In this document: positions 57,316 to 64,000 of the stretch, in pieces | Layout: every line of letters starts with the position of its first letter | How positions within the stretch are numbered: the first letter of the stretch is position 1 | Assembly: GCA_013360195.1 (NCBI GenBank) | Contig: JABWCQ010000002.1 | Location: 62,932-126,931, forward strand | From: a bacterium | Lineage (GTDB): Bacteria > Electryoneota > RPQS01 | Direction of reading: 5' to 3' | DNA: 64,000 nucleotides | Made by a program: the position numbers and the translations under genes | The notes under the pieces: model-generated | The model's input: only the letters and a program-made list of their open reading frames with translations | Told to the model about the DNA's origin: nothing | Databases searched by the model: none

Positions 57316-58421
57316 TGCGAAAATACTTTACGTTTGTAATATTGATTTCAGTTCTTCTTGTGTCCCAGGAAGTTGAGGCGCGTCGTCAATCTCGACTGCC
57401 AACCTTCGAGTGGGGGTTAAAGGTCGGAATTGCGGGAATTTACAATGACAATGTTTTACGATTGTCAGAGACGGATCAGGATGCCTTTCGTCGATCAAGT
57501 AGTACTTTTAGAACCCCACTAGAAACTATAGACGATGGAGAGACTGAATTTTCGATTGCTCCGGCTATTCAATGGCGCGCGCCTGCGAACCTTATGGCGA
57601 TCGGTGCATACAGATTCAAGACCGTGCAGAGACTGAATAACGAGTTCTCCAGTTACCAAACACATAGTTTTAGTGCAACCTTGCGGCCGCGTACAAAGGG
57701 CTACCGGTGGTCAGCAAAATTATCGGTCTTTGCGATACCTGACTTTTACTTAAGAGTATATCGCGATCGGGACTTCGGGACCTATCATGATACACGGTTC
57801 AAGAATTTTGAATACAGCGGTGAATTCTCGATTAGACCTCTTCCTCAGGTTTGGCTGGCAGGTCAGAGTGGCTTCGGTTCAATATATTACGACAAGAGGT
57901 TTACCGAGTTTGACAGTGAATTCTACGAAATTGGTGGAGAGGTTCGCTATTCGGCACCATGGGCATCAACAGTTTCACTTCGTTACACTCGACGAAATAG
58001 CGATAACATTGGGAAGAGCCAACAGTTTCTATACTACCCCTCCTTCGAGAGCGATGTAGTACTCGAAGATAACGAATATGGAGATGCCGACAATACGGAA
58101 GATGAGTTGCGGTTAGTCTTAAAATCACCGCTAAGACTCGCTCAAGAACTCTCACTCGACGCATCTATAACCACGCGTATTCGTCGTCGAGTCTATTCTA
58201 CCATGAATAGTCTGGAGTCCGATCCTTTTCATCGCGGACGGTTAGACAACAGATGGGAAGTAACTCCGTCTTTATCCTTCCCGGTTAATTCGGCCATTGA
58301 CATCGAGGTCTTCTACACTCACGAGGAACGTAAGTCAGAATCCGACGTAGAAGGAGTACCGCGTGTTAAAGATTTTGATAGGAATGAAATCGGCATCGGT
58401 GCCACGTATTCGCTAAGATAA
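57315..58421 (+). CDS. secreted beta-rich protein, candidate outer-membrane barrel
   Basis: Signal peptide 'MRKYFTFVILISVLLVSQEVEA'; alternating hydrophobic/polar strands with many Y/R/F/W; start overlaps the previous stop. Confidence 0.35.
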   Translation: MRKYFTFVILISVLLVSQEVEARRQSRLPTFEWGLKVGIAGIYNDNVLRLSETDQDAFRRSSSTFRTPLETIDDGETEFSIAPAIQWRAPANLMAIGAYRFKTVQRLNNEFSSYQTHSFSATLRPRTKGYRWSAKLSVFAIPDFYLRVYRDRDFGTYHDTRFKNFEYSGEFSIRPLPQVWLAGQSGFGSIYYDKRFTEFDSEFYEIGGEVRYSAPWASTVSLRYTRRNSDNIGKSQQFLYYPSFESDVVLEDNEYGDADNTEDELRLVLKSPLRLAQELSLDASITTRIRRRVYSTMNSLESDPFHRGRLDNRWEVTPSLSFPVNSAIDIEVFYTHEERKSESDVEGVPRVKDFDRNEIGIGATYSLR

Positions 58422-58456
58422 CAGTTAGAAGATAGCCTTGATCGGCATAGAAACTA

Positions 58457-58492
58457 AAAGGGTCACATCGAGTGGGGTGACCCTTTACTTTT
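58457..58492. terminator. bidirectional intrinsic terminator hairpin
   Basis: Perfect 10-bp stem AAAGGGTCAC/GTGACCCTTT with a 10-nt loop, flanked by T-rich tracts on both strands, between convergent operons. Confidence 0.6.
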
Positions 58493-58515
58493 CAGTACTC
58501 TATCTGGACCTAAGA

Positions 58516-59628
58516 TTACGCCAATCTGCGGTCTTTCCAAGTTATTGCAGGTCGCCGGAAAATTGACAGCACAAGTCGCCAACCATATGCAAGAGCATAA
58601 AGCGGGTAAACATACATATACATGTACAGTCCTCGCCTGTTCAATCTTGTTAGAACTGAGGAAATGACCAGCCAATCACCAAGCATAACAGCAAACCCTG
58701 CAGCGCCACCAATCTTTCCCGAAAACAGCAATAGAATCGGCCAAAGCAAATGAGTGGCAAGTCCAAACCCAAATAGGAGTTTGCCCCTGACGCTTATCGC
58801 CCGAAATCCCTCCATCCACCTGTAGCGCTGATTCACAAGATCTGTCGTGCTTCCGACAGGCAAAGTTACGACGCACGCGCCTTGCGTTACGGCAAACGCA
58901 ATCCCCCATTTTTTTGAATCGGCCACTGCCCTGAAGAGGGCAATGTCATCAATACGATTATGACTTATCCCTCGGAAAGTTCCGACATCTTCGTAGCACT
59001 TCTTCCTCACCGCATAATTATTGCCGATTAGCGCTAGCGGACTTCCTAATCGGCACATTCCGGCGCAGACGCCTAATAGCAGAGACCAGTCTACGGATTC
59101 GAAGCGAGTTTCTAACTTGCGCGTGTTTTCATAGTCAGGCAAAGTAATTCCGCAGACAAGTCCAACGTCTTGCTCAAAATGCCGAACAATATCTAATACC
59201 CAATCTTGGGGAACCTCGCAATCGCCATCCGTCATTAGAATTATCTCCCCTTTGGCCTCGTCGATTCCCTGCGCTAATGGAAGTGTCTTGGTCGGTGGCA
59301 AACTCTCCGTTTGCCCATGACTCGCATTGAAGATCCGAACTCTGAACGGAAGCTTCCTGCTGAGCTCGTGCGCAACCGCGCAAGTTTGGTCAGTCGAATC
59401 ATCATTGACAAGAACTAACTCCAATTTCGCATATTCATATCGCAATGACTCCAATGATTTAAATAGCCTTGGCAAGTTTGCAGCTTCATTTCGTGCAGGA
59501 ACCACAATCGACACAAGTGGCAATTCAATGTCCTGTGCAGGACCTTTTTTTAACAAGGCTGCAGCTACCAGCGAACCTATTGTCAGATGCAATGCTCCAG
59601 CGCTCACGGCCAATGTATCGAGAATCAT
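58516..59628 (-). CDS. family-2 glycosyltransferase, processive (QxxRW) type with a C-terminal membrane domain
   Basis: 'IVVPARNEAANLP', 'VLVNDDSTDQT', 'DGDCEV' DxD, 'QRYRWMEG' QxxRW, C-terminal TM helices. Confidence 0.8.
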   Translation of the reverse strand: MILDTLAVSAGALHLTIGSLVAAALLKKGPAQDIELPLVSIVVPARNEAANLPRLFKSLESLRYEYAKLELVLVNDDSTDQTCAVAHELSRKLPFRVRIFNASHGQTESLPPTKTLPLAQGIDEAKGEIILMTDGDCEVPQDWVLDIVRHFEQDVGLVCGITLPDYENTRKLETRFESVDWSLLLGVCAGMCRLGSPLALIGNNYAVRKKCYEDVGTFRGISHNRIDDIALFRAVADSKKWGIAFAVTQGACVVTLPVGSTTDLVNQRYRWMEGFRAISVRGKLLFGFGLATHLLWPILLLFSGKIGGAAGFAVMLGDWLVISSVLTRLNRRGLYMYMYVYPLYALAYGWRLVLSIFRRPAITWKDRRLA

Positions 59629-60332
59629 GCAACAATCCGGATAGCATTCTCACACTTCAGCGCGACAGACTTCAAGCCCATTGACTCAATGCGGTCGCGC
59701 AAAAACCACAGTTGCGATATAACTTGCGGAGTAGTCACATGTCCATCATGCATCAAAAGTATCATGCGGTCATGTACCGCCGCTGACATTCTTGTCAACA
59801 ATGCACTATCTTCTTGTGGTTTCCAGTCGCGGACATGCGCAGACCAAAGAACTGGGACTGCACCAATTTCAGTGACCCGTTTATGAAGGCGCCAGTCTAT
59901 TGCTCCATAAGGTGGTCTGAAGAGCAATTCCATTTTAACTCCAAAATCCTGCAGTATGTATAAAGACTGTCTAACACTTGCCTGAACAAAGGACGGTTCT
60001 CTGAACCAGTGCTTTTCATGTGAGTATCCATGGCAGGCGATGGAGTGACCTTGTGCGGCGATCTCTTGCAGAAGCGATCTATTTCCCTTACACTTCTGTC
60101 CCACAACAAACATAGTTGCTTTCAAGCCCAGGTCGTCCAATGTCTTGAGTAGCATTGGTGTGGTCTTTGGATCCGGACCATCATCGAAAGTTATTGCGGC
60201 CTCACCTGCATTCTTACAGTGCGTTTGCCATCCACGGGCGAGCAGAGGTGCTATTTGCGAGATTGGACGTATCACTCTACCAGGCTCCGTTTCTTCTGCC
60301 GTTTGCCAAACTTCACTGTACCACCCAGCCAT
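59625..60332 (-). CDS. polysaccharide deacetylase (NodB/CE4 family)
   Basis: 'ITFDDGPDP', 'HGYSHEKHWF', 'LLMHDG' CE4 motifs; overlaps both neighbours. Confidence 0.8.
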   Translation of the reverse strand: MAGWYSEVWQTAEETEPGRVIRPISQIAPLLARGWQTHCKNAGEAAITFDDGPDPKTTPMLLKTLDDLGLKATMFVVGQKCKGNRSLLQEIAAQGHSIACHGYSHEKHWFREPSFVQASVRQSLYILQDFGVKMELLFRPPYGAIDWRLHKRVTEIGAVPVLWSAHVRDWKPQEDSALLTRMSAAVHDRMILLMHDGHVTTPQVISQLWFLRDRIESMGLKSVALKCENAIRIVA

Positions 60333-61525
60333 TTATCAGATACACCGAGCGGAAGTTTGGCAGTGCGATACCAATCACCCTTCCAGTTGTACGGGAACAA
60401 AAGACCACAAAATCCGAAAAAGGGTGTAGCAACAATGTGAACAATTTCGTAAATCCAGAAATAAGGGAGCAATCGTGTTTGGTTGAATACTTTGGCTCCG
60501 ACGTACACTGTTATTGAGTCGCATAGCAATTTTGTTGCTACGATCAAAGCTCCAAGCAGGTACGGAAGCGACGAATAAAACGTCACCAGAGGCAGAAAGA
60601 TCAGCGCAGAATAGTAGGTGTACACGAGGAATAGGAACACAAGCATGCTGCCCCTGTACTTCAGGCCTTTTGAAGCCCATCGCAATCGTTGATGGATTAG
60701 TTCGGAAAGCGACTGCACCGGAACGGAGCGAACAATGGATTCCGTAGCGGTCGAAAAAGCCATTCTCCAGCTTGTCATTGAAGCAACCCGTTGCGCAAAC
60801 AGGACATCGTCACCTGATACAATTGCAGCAGACTCTCCATATCCTGCGATTTCGTCATATACTTGTCTGCGAAAACACAAATTGCTGCCGTTACAACTTG
60901 CCGCATGGTTCCATCCAAGCGCACCTGCTGCCAGGAAATTCTGAACGAAGAAATCAAGCCATTGAACTTTTTGCCATACCGGCACTGACTTGTAATTCGG
61001 GAGGTCAAAGATCGTAAGTCCTGCTACCACCCCTACATCATCGGTAAGATAGCTCACCATACTTCGAATCCAACCGGAGTGATATTGGCAATCAGCGTCA
61101 GTAGTGAAGACTATGTCGCTTTCTGTGGCCGAAATTCCTATGGCCAACGCGGCCTTCTTGGGCGAGGTCTCGGGTTCCTTGACAACCCGGATTGCCCTAA
61201 GGTTGCCATACTGAGCACAAAGCTTCGCCAGAACTGCAGGTGTTTCATCCTCACTTCGGTCATCAACCACTATTAGCTCCCAATTACCGGGATAATCCTG
61301 TTTCATCAGTGAAGAGATTGTCCAAGGTAGTATTCCAGCCTCGTTTCGTGCTGGCATGACTACACTTACGGTCGGCCATTTGCTATGATTCGCCACTCTT
61401 TTCTTCGTCAATCTCGCAATTCCTACGGCAAACCAAAGCATTGCAATCCCAAACACAACCGTCAGGAAACACAAAATCGAGAGGATAGCATTAGGGAATG
61501 TGCTAAACACGGTCTTGCCATCCAT
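60272..61525 (-). CDS. family-2 glycosyltransferase, processive (QxxRW) type
   Basis: 'VVMPARNEAGILP', 'IVVDDRSEDETP', 'TDADCQY', 'HQRLRWASKG', N- and C-terminal TM segments. Confidence 0.8.
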   Translation of the reverse strand: MDGKTVFSTFPNAILSILCFLTVVFGIAMLWFAVGIARLTKKRVANHSKWPTVSVVMPARNEAGILPWTISSLMKQDYPGNWELIVVDDRSEDETPAVLAKLCAQYGNLRAIRVVKEPETSPKKAALAIGISATESDIVFTTDADCQYHSGWIRSMVSYLTDDVGVVAGLTIFDLPNYKSVPVWQKVQWLDFFVQNFLAAGALGWNHAASCNGSNLCFRRQVYDEIAGYGESAAIVSGDDVLFAQRVASMTSWRMAFSTATESIVRSVPVQSLSELIHQRLRWASKGLKYRGSMLVFLFLVYTYYSALIFLPLVTFYSSLPYLLGALIVATKLLCDSITVYVGAKVFNQTRLLPYFWIYEIVHIVATPFFGFCGLLFPYNWKGDWYRTAKLPLGVSDKWLGGTVKFGKRQKKRSLVE

Positions 61526-62594
61526 GATGGATCGTGAAGATGCGTTTTATGAACCGGACGCCGACGAGGGCAGGTATGGCCACGTTTAGACTAAATAGCG
61601 CTAATGACGCGGCGACAGAAATGGTATCTGGCACACCAAGTCCACGCAGGCAGATAAGTGCAGTCCATTCACCTACTCCCAGATTTCCAAGCGTAAGCGG
61701 TATATTTCCTTTGAGAAAGAAATTCAATTGAATCGCCAAAAGGCTGGCTATAAAAGGTAGCTCCACACCGAACGCTCTGAGAATCAAATAAAACTGAACT
61801 AACGAAACCAGTAACGAAAGTGACGCAAGTCCCAAGAATACGAAGGAAGTTCTAAACGAGATTAAATTAAGCTGCTGAAGCGAGTTCGCAACTTTCGTTA
61901 GCTGAAACATCGTGCCAAGCGTTTTTCCAATAAAACCAAGAATCGCGCCAGGAACAAGGCCAGCTGCAAGTACCAGTCCGCCGACAATAGTCAGTCCAAA
62001 AGAAACACTAGGACTTAATGGTGCCCAACTAACGCTCCATCCAAGTTGGGGAAGTAGTCCAAGCGCAATAAGACCAAATCCGTTAACAGTCACCGCACTG
62101 TAACTTCTCTCAAGTAAGGTCAAGGCAGTTGCTTCCAGTACATTGACATTGCGCAGAAACAGACCTCGGCCGTAAGCACCGATTCGTCCAGGTGTTATGA
62201 ATCCCAGAGTGTGACCTAGCCAATAGCTTGCCTTGATATCGGAAGAATACGGTTTCGTCGCACCTGAATTAGCAATGAGCTTCCATCTTAAGTACTGCAG
62301 GTATTGGTTGGGTATCCACAGCGCGATCGCCCCCGATAGTCCAATCAGGCTTGCATTCTTTAATGCGTTTAAGACGTCTTGCCATTGAATCTGCCAAGTC
62401 AACAGTGCAAGCACAACAAAAGTACTGAGCAACTTTATCCATTGAGGAAAGGTACGGCTCTGAGACTCTTTGATTGGGACAGTATTAACTACTGTATTCG
62501 TTTCGTAAGATTGATTCAACGTTCTAGCGGCCTGTCGCAGCAATTTTACGGTCACGCCATGAGTAAGACTTGCCAAAGATGCTTGCCAAAGCAC
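61503..62594 (-). CDS. UPF0104/lysylphosphatidylglycerol-synthase-TM-like membrane protein (flippase-like)
   Basis: ~8 TM helices, no soluble domain, embedded between GT2 genes as UPF0104 members typically are; weak, pattern-level call. Confidence 0.4.
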   Translation of the reverse strand: MLWQASLASLTHGVTVKLLRQAARTLNQSYETNTVVNTVPIKESQSRTFPQWIKLLSTFVVLALLTWQIQWQDVLNALKNASLIGLSGAIALWIPNQYLQYLRWKLIANSGATKPYSSDIKASYWLGHTLGFITPGRIGAYGRGLFLRNVNVLEATALTLLERSYSAVTVNGFGLIALGLLPQLGWSVSWAPLSPSVSFGLTIVGGLVLAAGLVPGAILGFIGKTLGTMFQLTKVANSLQQLNLISFRTSFVFLGLASLSLLVSLVQFYLILRAFGVELPFIASLLAIQLNFFLKGNIPLTLGNLGVGEWTALICLRGLGVPDTISVAASLALFSLNVAIPALVGVRFIKRIFTIHHGWQDRV

Positions 62595-63630
62595 GCCAAA
62601 TCATCCAAAAGGGGAGGAGGAGCGAAGCAAGCAGAATTTCCAGATTCGAAATATCGAGTTTCAATTTCCGTTTAACGAAGATTCCTGAAAACGTGTCTAA
62701 GAGTATTTTTGCAGCCGCAAAGGACACCGGAATTAATATTTGTCCGAAAGCCGGAAGTGCAACGAGAGAGGCAGGGACAACTACTCCGGACACGACTGAC
62801 ATGAGAAAGACAACTTGCCAGTGTAACGGGTAGAGTTTCGTGACACTTTGATGGCGGACTGCTTGAGACCATCTGGATCCACGGACTCCCCCTAAGTCGT
62901 GAACAACACTCTCGCTATCTGGACAGAACACGACGCGAAAACCAGCTCTGGCAATCGCCTGCACAGTCAAATCATCATCTCCTGAAGTCAAATCACGTCG
63001 GACTGGTGCTTCAACCACATTCAAAGCTTCCCGACGGTATAGAATATTGTGGCCGCAGGCTGAAGCAGGACTTCCCCAACCACACGCCGAAGCCATACTT
63101 ACATTGGCTATCAGTCTTTCCCATCGATAAATTCTGCTGAGAATACCCTTATCGTTGCTTGGCCACGATGCACCAATGACTGCACCAATCTTAGAGTCAG
63201 AGTACTTGGCCATTGATTCCAGCCACTTGTTGGGCACTACACAATCCGCGTCCGTGAGAGCGACAAGTTCGGTGTCGATATTCGCGAACGCAAGCGCTAG
63301 ACCTGTCTTTTTGGGACTCCTGCCTGCTTTAGAAGTAAAGGTGACCATACGCAACTTGCCGTATTTCTTCGCAAGGTTTCGCACAATTTCAGGCGATTGA
63401 TCGTCGGAACTATCGTCCATCAGAATCACCTCCTGTGGGCCAATACACTGCTCACAAATCGAGATCAGGCAATCAGATATCGTGCGTTCTTCATTACGAG
63501 CAACGACCACAACAGCGATGCTCTGTGTCTGCTCTGCCTGCGAACCCTTTCGTTTCGCCCCAAGCCAACGGACAACACCGATTAGCCAGAAAAGGGACGG
63601 GAGCAGAAGAGTTGCATATAGCCAAATCAC
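62524..63630 (-). CDS. family-2 glycosyltransferase with membrane anchors
   Basis: 'IAVVVVARNEERTISDC', 'VILMDDSSDDQSPEI', 'TDADCVV', 'SRIYRWERL' (QxxRW-like), TM helices at both ends. Confidence 0.75.
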   Translation of the reverse strand: MIWLYATLLLPSLFWLIGVVRWLGAKRKGSQAEQTQSIAVVVVARNEERTISDCLISICEQCIGPQEVILMDDSSDDQSPEIVRNLAKKYGKLRMVTFTSKAGRSPKKTGLALAFANIDTELVALTDADCVVPNKWLESMAKYSDSKIGAVIGASWPSNDKGILSRIYRWERLIANVSMASACGWGSPASACGHNILYRREALNVVEAPVRRDLTSGDDDLTVQAIARAGFRVVFCPDSESVVHDLGGVRGSRWSQAVRHQSVTKLYPLHWQVVFLMSVVSGVVVPASLVALPAFGQILIPVSFAAAKILLDTFSGIFVKRKLKLDISNLEILLASLLLPFWMIWRALASIFGKSYSWRDRKIAATGR

Positions 63631-63836
63631 CCGGCAAACACCACATTGATATCCTTCATTTTGCTAAAATATAAGAATATAACCCTTTAGTCGCAACGAC
63701 TTCCATGGAAGCAGAATTTCAATGACATGGAACAGACTAACTGAGGCGCCGGGATAGTTGCCATTTTGCAGGAATTTTAGTATTTTTCTAACCTTTCACC
63801 CGAATTCTCCTTACTTTTTGACCAATTCCCGGCAAA

Positions 63837-64000
63837 ATGGCAGCACCACGGCAAGAAATTGAGGCCCTGAGAAGGGAAATTGCCCGACATGACAAGCTCT
63901 ATTATGCCGATGGCAACCCGGAGATTAGTGACGAGGAATACGACAAGCTCTTTGACAGACTTCGGGTTCTAGAGGCAGCACACCCGCACCTTGTAACCCC
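63837..64000 (+). CDS. ligA: NAD-dependent DNA ligase, N-terminal fragment (continues beyond the window)
   Basis: 'MAAPRQEIEALRREIARHDKLYYADGNPEISDEEYDKLFDRLRVLEAAHPHLVTP' is the canonical LigA Ia-domain opening. Confidence 0.85.
   Translation, partial: MAAPRQEIEALRREIARHDKLYYADGNPEISDEEYDKLFDRLRVLEAAHPHLVT

Noticed and set aside
1-64000. Mobile elements, prophage, integrase, transposase, tRNA or rRNA genes
   Set aside because: None of the ORFs shows DDE, tyrosine-recombinase or serine-recombinase motifs or phage structural signatures. Intergenic regions are short (<270 nt) and none folds into an obvious tRNA cloverleaf by eye; a tRNAscan or Infernal run would be needed to be certain.

Overview
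This is a 64-kb chromosomal segment at about 50% GC from a Gram-negative bacterium. The sequence suggests (but does not prove) a member of the Fibrobacteres-Chlorobi-Bacteroidetes (FCB)-group or a candidate phylum, because it carries a porU/porV pair, type IX secretion system (T9SS) C-terminal domains, a GWxTD domain and a lamin-tail-domain protein. Almost everything from 1 to 58421 is densely packed on the + strand (only rpsT is on -), and many genes overlap at ATGA or GTGA start/stop junctions. The housekeeping block is mtaB, pepT-like, guaB, rpsT(-), cobB, a TPR lipoprotein, cdsA, ubiE, comEC, rnhB, yraN, a lamin-tail-domain (LTD) secreted protein, uup-like ABC-F, arcC, sucCD, ndk, an EcfT-like membrane protein, truA, htrA, purB, purC, psd, pssA, purS, purQ, tatA, gatA, gatB and smc. 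An accessory stretch follows: (i) an overlapping GWxTD-protein/orphan ABC ATPase/HD-GYP module; (ii) a long AT-rich structured leader, then a PorU-like C25 peptidase and a PorV-like barrel; (iii) two very large exported proteins, one an apparently catalytically dead M6-like/FG-GAP protein with a T9SS C-terminal domain, the other a zincin HExxH + TolB-propeller + Omp85-like barrel fusion; (iv) a pair of paralogous DUF5683-like proteins; (v) a tightly overlapped rmlD-like/PPC/dNK/membrane/maf/rodZ-like operon; (vi) a poly-gamma-glutamate pgsB-pgsC locus where the canonical pgsA/capA is replaced by a different membrane-anchored protein, followed by two secreted proteins; (vii) a hairpin terminator, then a convergent minus-strand operon of three processive QxxRW GT2 glycosyltransferases, a NodB deacetylase and a UPF0104 flippase-like protein; and (viii) the 5' end of ligA. 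I found no rRNA, tRNA, CRISPR array, integrase or transposase. All functional calls come from motif-level reading of the translated ORFs, since I could run no database search.
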